A DNA stretch of 61,834 nucleotides, the filler included, from Rhabdomonas costata (Eukaryota): the NCBI GenBank assembly GCA_019059605.1. It is 10 parts of 10 records of this genome, joined end to end, with 100 filler letters (N's around TTAATTAATTAA, not from the genome) between each part and the next. Parts side by side here need not be neighbours in the genome. Positions count along the whole stretch, not along the records: positions 49,008 to 55,129 come from JAHMHO010000036.1; positions 55,230 to 61,834 come from JAHMHO010000038.1; 8 more parts are not named here. One strand, 5' to 3'. This document shows, piece by piece, positions 49,235 to 59,900 of this stretch. A program made the position numbers and the translations under genes. Each line of letters opens with the position of its first letter. The stretch's first letter is position 1. Under the pieces are notes generated by a model. That model searched no databases and was not told where the DNA came from. It saw only the letters and a list, made by a program, of their open reading frames with translations.

Positions 49235-52200
49235 ATGAGCCAGCCCAGGAATGCGCTAAAGGTGGTGGAAACCCTCGAGAGAAACGAGTGGGGAGTCAAA
49301 GTGGATGCTCTTGTCCGAGCTTACCCGAGAGGTTTCACCACGGAAACACCAAGCCGAGAGCCTCTGTGAGATGTTTTGTGGTTGCCTTGTGGCGCGTTGA
49401 AAGACCCGCTTCCCGTTCTGTCCACCGTATCACTGCGGGAAGTGTGCCTGCCAGTCTTGTTTCACTTTGGATTTTCTTCAGTGAGTGGTAGTGAGTGGTG
49501 GTTCTATTGCTCTTAACGTGCTCTCGTGCTCGCCGCTTGTCACTTTTTTGACACACCCTCTTCGTTTTTCTGCTCTCAGATTTTTCCTAAGTGTCTGCTG
49601 GTGCAAATTTTCCTTTCCCTTTCTTGTGTGCATCCTTTGCTCTGAGCCTTCCAAAATGGAGCAGCAGAAGCAGCCCTGCCCCTGTGCGGCGCCGAAGCTT
49701 CGCGGACTGCGGTCGCCTCGCAGCAGGTCAGCATCATCAGTGCCCTGGAGGCGGAGCTGGAGGTGATGAGGGCGGTCAAGGCGGAGCTGAAGGGCCGAGT
49801 AAGGGCCTCTTCGACAGAGCTGGCACAGGAGAAGCTCCGCTCCGAAAAGCTGGAGACCGAGTGCCTTGTCCTCCGGGAAGAGGTGGCAGCACGTGAAGTT
49901 GTGTACTTTCGCGAAGAAAATTCTCTCTGGTTTTGGCCTGTGCTGTGCATCCAACCTGTTCTTTTCCCTGCAAGAGTGCTGCTAACACTGATGACTTGCA
50001 CGGGATTCACCCTCCTTCCTCGCGTATTCTTGTGTGTTGAAGCTTGGGTTGTCTTTTTTGTAATGCCTCAAATCTCTTACAGCCTTTGAGGGTAGAACCT
50101 TCGTGGATAGAACCTTCGTCTGGTGTGTTAGAGGCGGGCCAACCAAAAGAGTCTCTGCCCCTTCGTTTATTTTTTCCAAGTGAAAAGTTTTTCATTCGTT
50201 TGATTTCTGATTTCTGAATAATTCCAGGTACTCTCGTGGCGATTGTGCGGGTTCATTGTAGTTTTGGTCTTCTCAGGTAAAGCGTGCCCACGAGACAACT
50301 GCGGGCATGCAGGCTCTGCTGGCTAAGTACCTTGGCGAGGGAACTCCGCTTCGCGCGGAGGTGTGCTTATCTGTTTTTGCTGATGCATTGTACCCTGCAC
50401 TGCCTTTCCCTCGCGGCGTTGCCTCCACTCCTGACAGGTCTTCTCCGCGTGCACCATGCTGATTAGTGCGGCTTTTTGGGGAGTAAATTGAGAATAATGG
50501 GCCATAGATATTGTGTTTGCCGTGGCAGGTCAACTTTTTGTTGTGATTAGAGGTATGACGGGTCGCGGCATTTCGCGTTTCGCTAACTCCTCGTACAAAC
50601 TGGGGTGCAGGTGTTGTATCATTCGATTGACAACTTTCGAGACGACTGTATGTCACGTTGAGATTACCTCCCGGCACTTGGGGCGGAGTCTTTCGTGTGG
50701 CTCTTTCTTCGGTGAACTTATTGGCCACGCGGTGGTTTTTGCAGTAATCCACCATAATCATTACCTCTTTTTATGATCTTGCTGCGGGTTCTGCCTTGGC
50801 TGGCTCTGTTCTTTTCCAATTATAACCTGTGTTGCGCACTTCTCACACTCTTTTCGTTTCTCTCAGGTCCACGATACGGCTACGAGCATGCTGGCTCTTC
50901 GTGAGGAGGTGCGTTTGGGAGGGAAATGGTTTAGGTGTCCTTGATCCTTCATCGGCCGATCACAATGACTGAGACTGATACTTTTCGCCATTTCACATCG
51001 CATCCAGATTAGAAGTAGGAGGAAACTGTGGTATGAGAATATGGTGTACCTCCGGGCAAATTAAACGGAGAGAGAAAGGCCGTCTTGGGGTTTCGCAGAT
51101 AAGCACGGCTCTCTGTTGTCTATAGTATCAATCCCCCCACTACGCAGTTTTTCAGCATATGATGCTGTGTACGTGTACAGTGTTGCAAACGGGAAGGCTT
51201 TATCAGTCGTGCGTGTGCGGTTATGCTCACCAATGGAGTCATGCAGTCGATGTGTAAACCAGCGCCGGGACGCCGGCGGTTATTGCATCTCTTCCTCTTC
51301 ATCATACCTCTGTACGTAAATGATGGTGTCGCTCATTGTTTGTGCTTGTTGTGGCGGATTTCTCAGGTGAAATGTGGCCGCGACACCACTGCGGCTAGCG
51401 TGCAGGCTCTTCACGAAGAGGTGCGTCCGTGTCTGTGCGTGCGTGTAAATGTGTACNNNNNNNNNNNNNNNNNNNNNNNNNNNNNNNNNNNNNNNNNNNN
51501 NNNNNNNNNNNNNNNNNNNNNNNNNNNNNNNNNNNNNNNNNNNNNNNNNNNNNNNNNNNNNNNNNNNNNNNNNNNNNNNNNNNNNNNNNNNNNNNNNNNN
51601 NNNNNNNNNNNNNNNNNNNNNNNNNNNNNNNNNNNNNNNNNNNNNNNNNNNNNNNNNNNNNNNNNNNNNNNNNNNNNNNNNNNNNNNNNNNNNNNNNNNN
51701 NNNNNNNNNNNNNNNNNNNNNNNNNNNNNNNNNNNNNNNNNNNNNNNNNNNNNNNNNNNNNNNNNNNNNNNNNNNNNNNNNNNNNNNNNNNNNNNNNNNN
51801 NNNNNNNNNNNNTATCTTTTACCCCAGCCTTCTCCTTCTAAAGTAAACTCCCACTTTTTCGCCCTTCCTGGGTTCTTTTTGGTCCAACCCCCAACCTCTG
51901 CCTTCTGTTTCCTGTGTTCTGCAAATGCGCTTCGTACCTGGAGTTTCCGTACTGCTACTGTTTTTATTTTCCTGTGGTCTGTTCTCAGGTCAAACACACC
52001 CACGAAACCACGGCGGCTCTTGGCGAGGAGGTGCGTTTGAAGGATCGATGTCCAGATGAATGGTTCTGTGTGGTATGCGAACCGATTTCCTTCGGAAACT
52101 CTGGGATGTCAACTATAGTAATTCTTTGTTTTCCGGACGATAGGGCCTTCAGCTCTGTGGAGTTGGACTGTTAATTATGCTGTTCTGCGGGACATTCTTG

Positions 52201-55022
52201 TGCGCTCGTCTCAGGTCAAGCTGACCCGCGAAGCTACTGCGAGCATTCCGGCATTTAGGGAGGAGGTTTGCGTGGGGTTGGGGTTGGGCGCGTATGAAAA
52301 CGGCGTGAGCCTCACGGCGGCGTGCTACTTTTGCTTGAGTGTTGGCCGAGTGTTGGGCGTCTGGGAGAGAGGGAGCAGAGAGGATTGTATGCGTGTTTTC
52401 CTGTCTGAGACCCGCGGGGCTGGCGGGCCATCCTGTCCTGTCTTGTGGTGAACCGGCACCCCGCGGCACCTGATAGTTTAATAGGACCCGTGCGAGCACC
52501 CAGGCTGCGCGCGTCTTGACTAGGACACCCTTTCTTTTCTTCCCCTTTTCTTTCCCGTGTTCCGCTTCATATCCATCATATGCGCACAAAATATACGAAT
52601 ATTTTAAACTTATACACTGTCCCAGTCACCCAAACCAAAAATGAGTGTTTGCTTTTGTGTGATGTAAGCGGTTCCGTTCCATTTTTTCGGTTTTCCCTTT
52701 GTGCAGCTTTTGCCGTCAGGCTGCCTGGTGCATCCTGCGCCTTTTGGTTTATTCCTGGTCAGCCCATATCTGTCTCCTGAAACCAGCGGATGCTGCCATC
52801 CGTGGGCATTTTCTCGCGCTTATGACTTTTAGGCTTGTGTCGAAATCTTCCCTCCCGATTCTTGGTCATTCCTTCACCCTTGAGGTTCAGCGTCTGGTAA
52901 CGCAGTCAAGTGGTCGCCTCTTTCACTCTCGTCGATTGCATCCCGGAAGTATATGTCGAATATTCGCATGAAACAGAATAAACCTTGAATGTTGGGATTT
53001 AAGGTGCGTCTACACTGAATATTCATCGCTTCTTTCCGCTTTCATTGGTGGTAGGTTCTTATGGACTCCTTCATAGATCTCGATGCTCAGTGCAGAGCTG
53101 CGGCGGCTGACCTCCAGCGAGGAGTACATGAAGGTGCAGCTGCGGCTGCTCGAACTGGAACTGTTCCCCCTCCCCTTCCTCTTCCTTGCCATCCTCCAAC
53201 TCCTTCAACCCTCGCAATCCTCCAACTACTCTTCGGACCTCCTGGTTGATCCACAGCATCAAAGTTCCCCAAAAACTTGTGGACAGGTGCTGAGTTGGGC
53301 TTGTCGTGTGTTTCTGTGGGATGAACCTCTCGTCGTTTCTTTTTGCTCGCGTTTATTTTCGCTACCCCTGGTTTGGTCTCGCCTGAGATGTCATTGCTGA
53401 CCCCACACACACATAGGCGCACAACTCTGCTGAATCTGGTGCATGCCTTCCTCCTTCTCCTTTCAGCTACCCTGCGCTTGTGAATTAGTCTTCCTGTTTA
53501 GTTGTGTGTTCAGTGGGGCTCTTTGGTGGCCCGGCTTCGTGGTTTCCCTCATGCCTCCATGTACATCTGCGATACTTGCTTCTGTATGTTCTTCGCTGCA
53601 GCTGTTCTCATCTTCGACTGCTCAGCTCGTAAACTCGTCTTGCATTTCCGAAAGGTGGTGACTGTCGATGGCTCGTTTTTGTTCGGTATCAAACGTCCTA
53701 GTCCTTTGACCATTTCGGCCCTCAGGCACCCGCAGGGCAACGTCTCCGTCCCTTGGCACTATGGGATCATGATGGACCTGGGTACGCCCATTCACGCCCC
53801 CCGACTGACTGCGGCAGCAGAAAACTGAGTGAAAACTGGATTATGCAAACTGCACATAGATACAAAACGGACCTAGACAGCCACGGCGAGCTTGGTAGAA
53901 ACTTTCCATCTTAAGTCTCCAGCTGCGAGGTAGGAAAGAAATCAAGTCTCAGTGCTCTCGACAATTCTTGCTTTCATTTTAGGTCGGATCTGATGACTCT
54001 CGTTTTTCGGTATTCACGATGCGTTCGTCTCAAACTGTGGTTTTCCGAAGCGCCGAGCAACCTGTTTCTGTAAGGGATTGGTGCACACACATGCCCAACA
54101 TGCTTCTTCCTTGTTTGTTGCTTTTGCTTTTCTTTGCGCATTGCCGTTTCCTGCTTGCGTGATCGTGTAGTGATAGTGTAGTCATCTTTCATTGGCCGGT
54201 GAGTTGGGCTACAACTGCAAGTGCGGTTTTTTCCGTGTTTGGGTCTCGGGACTGTGTCTTTCCTGTGCGCGCGTCGCTAGGCTCCGATGGCTCACGGGTG
54301 TTTGTGTACCGCTGGCAGCCGATGTACCCGATTCGTTCCATTGTGCAGCTCGGGAGCTACGCCGCCCAGCCCGGGGTATCCTTCTACGCCCTCAACGGTG
54401 CCAACACCCGCATGCCCTCCCTCCCCACTTCCCACTCCCATGCGACCATGCCGAGTGTTGCCGGATGCAACTCAAGGGTAAGGTTGCGCTCTCCCTGCTG
54501 CTGAACGGCTACTTCCAACTGCTGCATACCGTCGCTTTCACCCACCGTCCTGCTTCCCTATACCCCGCTTCTGCACAAGCTGGCGACAATTTAATGTGGA
54601 CAACGAGAAACTAGAAGCGAAGAAGCTTCAACTCCTAGCGATACAGGATGCAGTGAAAGCACCCAATGGAACCCGATTTAGTAAGCACGACTTGTCCGAG
54701 CTTTCCATGCGTAGTTGCTCTTCTATGTATTCACGCGGTTTATGTTTTTCTTGGAAATATGATACCCTCCCCACCGTCCCAAAGCGCCCTCCGGGAAGCA
54801 GCAGCTCAGCCTAGTCTCCGGGCGGGTGGAGATCTCGCTTCTCCCGCTGCTCTCCTTCGCGAAGTCTCTGGTGCCGCCTGTACTGCGCCCGGTCAGCCCC
54901 ATTCACGCCAAGTGCACTGCGGGGTGCCGGCTGCTCAGTGGTGCCTTGCCCCCTCCAGCCCCACACCACGCACGCACCCACGAGCGCCGTTTACAAGAGC
55001 TTCAGCGCCGATGAGGAAGTAA
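49235..55022 (+). CDS. Coiled-coil protein with a micro-exon repeat array and a P/S/T-rich tail. Tentative exons 49235-49331, 49647-49882, 50277-50360, 50867-50908, 51367-51420, 51989-52030, 52215-52265, 53077-53244, 53726-53781, 54319-54477, 54785-55022
   Basis: A phase-consistent GT-AG chain can be built. Coiled-coil segments ALEAELEVMRAVKAELKGRV...LREE and ISMLSAELRRLTSSEEYMKVQLRLLELE. The micro-exons are well supported; the outer exons less so. Confidence 0.55.
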
Positions 55023-55043
55023 ACGAAGCCCTGTGTTTGAGCC

Positions 55044-55123
55044 GGGTTAGCGCCAGCGTCATTCCTGCAAGATTGTCGTTTTTTTAACGATCTTTTGTGT
55101 TTGAATGACGCTGGCGCTAACCC
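55044..55123. repeat. Perfect 21-bp inverted repeat (hairpin)
   Basis: GGGTTAGCGCCAGCGTCATTC (55044-55064) and GAATGACGCTGGCGCTAACCC (55103-55123). The loop is partly self-complementary (AAGAT..TCGTT / AACGATCTT). Confidence 0.9.
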
Positions 55124-55234
55124 AACACANNNNNNNNNNNNNNNNNNNNNNNNNNNNNNNNNNNNNNNNNNNNTTAATTAATTAANNNNNNNNNNNNNNN
55201 NNNNNNNNNNNNNNNNNNNNNNNNNNNNNGTTGG

Positions 55235-55678
55235 GTGTGGATGGCATCTCCTTGCTCACCAGTGGGACCCTGGTTGGCTCCCGTGTACCTCTCTCTCTAC
55301 ACTTCCCCTCCCGGTGGTTATCTTCTACCTCTCCGCACCTTCTCTTTCATTCTTACAGCATTTCTTTATACCCTGCTTCCAGCCCGTCCACGACCCATCC
55401 CTCCACCAATAACCATGCCTCCCTTTTTTGCGGACGCTGCGCCATTTGGTTCCACCTTTCTAGTGTCTGCATTCCGCCATCGTTCCTTTGCGACCACTGT
55501 CCAGTTCCCCGCACGGGTGAGCTCTCAGCAAGACGCTGAGCTCTATGCCACCTTCCATGCTCTCCGTCAGGTCTCCCTCCGCTCGCTTCCACGGGTGTGT
55601 GTTTTTGCCGACAATATCTCTTCTTTATTAACTCTGCAAACTAGTCTCTACTCTGCTCTGATGGTAGATCTGCAGTGA
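55235..55678 (+). mobile_element. Retroelement RNase H fragment, most like tyrosine-recombinase retrotransposons (DIRS/Ngaro/VIPER/TATE type)
   Basis: D-E-D layout FFADAAP...SSQQDAELYATFHAL...RVCVFADNISSL, preceded by the WMASP...PWLAPVY connection-like segment. Confidence 0.55.
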
Positions 55679-55954
55679 GTGCTTTTTCAGGCAAACATTT
55701 TGCCTTATTTCTACCTGTGATTCGGAATTTTTAATGCCAAATGTGGAATGGTTGGTGGGTGTGATTCTTGCAATGGGACCGCCGTTCACTTGACACTCTA
55801 CGCAATGTTAACGCGATGGTTTGTTGTACGAACGTTTAAAATCTGTGTTTGTTGATTGAATGTGTGAGTGGAAACAAAAAACAACACTTCCAAAAAACGT
55901 TTCCAAGCCGCTCCATCTTCTCCATCTTTTGATTATATCCGTGCCTGTGGAACG

Positions 55955-58900
55955 TTAGTAGCTCGTGTAGAACTCCTTTCTTGCATTGCACTGGAATACA
56001 CATGTGTACCTATACACTGATGTATTAAATGCGTCCCCACCTGGCACCCATTTACTTGCTTCAACGATGTGATTCGGTGAAACTACCTTTGCGGCATCGC
56101 ACCGTATTCCAGATTGATGAGGAGGGAGTGGTAATTTCTTGTTTCTTTTACACGCGTACCAAATGTTAATTGTGCACTGAAGGCTCCTCCGCATATCGCA
56201 GATTCACCACTACTTTGCTGTGCGATGAGGAGGTGTGGGAAGCGCAACGCAACAGGAAGATTATGAATTGCGCAATGATCTCTTTGGCTCTCTATTTCGT
56301 CAAAACAAACCTTTCACGTTCTAAATACGGCAATGATTGAAACAAGTTCAACTTCTCAGTTTCATCCAGAAAATAATTCTTCCTGACAAATTGTTTATCG
56401 ATGTAGTCTTGCAACCAGTCTGCAATTGGCTCTGAATCCAAAGGTGCTGCAATTCAAAGCTGGAAGAAGACATCATTGCCACGCAAAGACCATAAAATTT
56501 AATTCAGAAAAACTGAAAATGTGGCACTAGAAAGTCACCATCTGATGGTAAGGAGCTGCAGAACCCAGCAGTTATTCCGCATGTACAGAAGCGGATAACG
56601 CCGAATCCTTAAACGGAACAGCCGGTACAAGCGTGGTGATTTTTTTCTTATGTACAACAGGAACTGAAACCACCGACTCATGAGAATTAGCGGCCGTTCT
56701 CAGTGCATTGTTCTCTGGACAACTGGAATCGTTGTCACGCAACAGCAAACTGCTGGGAAACGCGTCAGCTGCAGTGTTAGTTTTCACAGTGATATGAGCG
56801 ATATTTATCGGGCTGTACACCTGCAGATTTTCCATACATAATCATCTTACGAGAGGAAGGACCAGAAGCGTTTTTGATGTACCGCAGAGGTGAGTTATCG
56901 GTATAAATGTGGAACTCTTAGCCTATTGTATAGTGTTTCCAAGCATCCAGCGCATCAGCAAAGGCAAGCATCTACTTAATAGTTTCATCAGAGAGCATCA
57001 ACTGAGAGTTTTTCTGCTTTTTTCACATGAGAGTTTTTCAACTTTTCAGCTTCTTTGAGCGACAGGCTACCAGCCTCGGTACGCCCTCCGAATCCAACTG
57101 AGACAGCGTTGCACCAATGCTCAAGTATGACGCATCTGTGTGTATGAGAATGTGATTCTAAATGTCGAAGTGAATGAAAAGTGGTGCCTTGAGAAGGTGC
57201 AAATTCAGCAACTCAAAATCTTGCCGCTGTTTTGACAACCACCCCTACTCGCGGCACTTTTGCATTATGTATGTCAATTATGTATGGCATACTCTGCCAA
57301 CCAAAAGCTCCTGACGTATGCGACTGTGCAGTGTCTGATAGCCAGCAGCTCCTGTGGCTGGGGGTGTGATCTTGGATCTGATTCAAGCTCTTCCGAGAAT
57401 GTACCAGAATTACTCGATCTCTAGCATGTGCACTTCTCGTGTCCAGCAAAGAAGCTGTACTCACATCCAGAGTCTTGGTGTAGACCAAAATGTCGTTGGT
57501 GTAGGCTCCTGCTGATTTCCTAATATTTTGGAAGATAAAGTTCATTGTTTTGTGGAATGTAGCTGCGACATGGCAGAGTACAAGTGGAATCACATGATAG
57601 GCAATGGCGCCATAATTAGTTTTGATGGCTGTGCGCTCAAAAAGATCTGGGTGTACAATGATCTAGTGGAAATCAAAGTGCATGTCAATCTTGGAGAAAA
57701 AGCATCTGTCTCCAACGTGATCAAGCGTCTCGTCTATGCGCGGAATGATGCACATGTCCAATCAGCNNNNNNNNTGGGTGGACAATGATCTAGTGGAAAT
57801 CAAAGTGCATGTCAATCTTGGAGAAAAAGCATCTGTCTCCAACGTGATCAAGCGTCTCGTCTATGCGCGGAATGATGCACATGTCCAATCAGCTTGCTAA
57901 TGAGTCTGTAGTACACAACCACCAGCACCTTCACTTTGGCTTTATCGAAAAAAGGATCCGCATGTAAATTTGAATTCCTTTTTGTATTGATGGTGAAGCA
58001 AGTCCTTCAGCTGACGCTGTAACGAAGCATCTCCACTGAACATGCGCTAAGTTGCGATGCGAAACGTGTCTGGGAATTCAATGCAGTTGTCGCCAGGACG
58101 AGCTGGTGGTAACCAGGGCAAAGATCATCTGTAAATATATCTTGTTCTTCTCTTTGTGGTTGAGAACCTCTGGGGGAATTTGATCTGTATAAACTGGTGG
58201 ACATAGGTCTCTGAATTAAGTTTACTGATAAGACTATGAAATTCTTTGCGCGCATACAGCTTCTTATTCTTCCCCATCTTACTTTCGGTGTCGGATGCGA
58301 GCAGAGCACGCCTGTTCAGATCGTAATGTTCCTCCTATTCCAGAATGTGGAGGCCAGAACAGGTGGATATCGGCTTCTTCATTGATATTGGATGTTACCG
58401 CGTGTGGTTTGGGTGCTGGATGATGAAACAAAAACGGAGTAAAAGTTAGCTGATAATTCGACTCTGCAAGACAAACTTCTCTGAAAGTGCAACCTGTGGA
58501 TATATAAGGAGAGGAATTTTTAGGCCTCAATGGAAGATACCGCATACCGTACGTCCAATTGCCGTGTGACGTCGGCTTTACTATAGCTCACTCATTCTTT
58601 GAGCTCTGAAACACCAGGAGCGGCCTGTGGCTATAAAACATAACAAATCCAGAGGATCCAAACCCGTCTTCACCTCGAAGACTCTGCGGCAGCTGTGGAA
58701 AAACTTGCACTGGTGGTGTCGCAATTTACTCTTACTTTTAATTGCACGAGCACACGTTTTGAAGTGGTAGCCCACAATTAAGTGATTGAAAAACAAAACC
58801 TTCACAGTACATCTGTAGTCGTGATTAATTACTACATCTGCAGCCAATATGTTGTGCTTCAAGGCCAATCCAATGCGCGTGGCAATGCGCTCATACATGA

Positions 58901-59900
58901 CGGTATGTATAGCAAAGACAAAGTGGAAATTAGCGCATCTCAATCTGCAAGAAACACATCTTTTAAAATGTCCAGTTTATTACCTGAGGCAATGAGGGTG
59001 CATAGGCGGAAAAAAGTCTTGCCTCTGGAACAAATTTTCCGCCAAAATCTTCTCCGGAGCAGCCGGGTGTGCTACAAACACGAGATGGGTTGACTCAGGC
59101 TCCACAACACGTTACTGAGCTGAAGGATTGGGTGTGTGCTCAATGGCATTCAGTTGATGATATGGTACAAGTAAGCTTCTTTTTTCAATCACAATCTGCA
59201 CTGTTATCTCCAAGTTAATTAAAGGGTTCAATTTATGCTGTAAAGGAAAGCTTAACACAATAAAGAGAAAAGTTTCAATCACACACAAGAAAAGCCTCAC
59301 CTGCAACTCTCCTATCTTCCATAGCAAAAGAACATAGTGCGGTACTGTTAGGGTATTTCCATTAGCAATCTTCCCATAATCTGTGCCTTTAAAGGCAATA
59401 ATTTGTAGCCTGATTTACGCACAACGCCCAAACTGATGATCGAGTTCAAAGATACATAGTCCACAAACGCAAAGTGTGCTGTCTCTCCAGAAGAGAAAAG
59501 TGCCGTTGCTGGCAGAAAGAGAAAAGTCATTGTGGCTTATAGGACAATTCATAATCAAATGTGGAGTACAAGTCACATTGGTCAGTTAAAAATGGCGTTA
59601 CTGATGTTAACGAGGCTGCTGTATGCTTCGACTGTTCCGCCGCCATTGCGCACAAAATGGGATGCAAGCCTTGCATTGACATCGGAGCGGCTGATGTTGA
59701 TGATTTGATTGCTAGCGATGGAGAGTGTTGACGACATTTAAGACACCGCAGCGGCCTATCTGGACGAAGGAAGTGCTGTAGGTGTGTCCGAAGAAAACAC
59801 CTGAGCCGCACTTGTCGGCTCGGCTGATATCTGGGCTCGTACTGGTTGCCAATAAAACTTAAAACTGCTGGTACTGGACAACCTAATGTTTCCAGCATTG
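55955..59900 (-). mobile_element. Fossil Ty3/gypsy LTR retrotransposon (gag? - protease? - RT - RNase H - truncated integrase)
   Basis: RT at ~57470-57900: IIPRIDETLDHVGDRCFFSKIDMHFDFH*IIVHPD..ERTAIKTNYG...ATFHKTMNFIF...YTNDILVYTKT. RNase H at ~56760-57170: HTDASYLSIGATLSQ...VACRSKKL, LAFADALDAWKHY..G*EFHIYTDNSPLRY, NTAADAF. Many stops and frameshifts; LTRs not found; outer boundaries approximate. Confidence 0.88.

Noticed and set aside
57648-57893. 119-bp direct duplication flanking an 8-N gap inside the RT
   Set aside because: Typical unmerged overlap of contig ends (one mismatch next to the gap); not an LTR or biological repeat.
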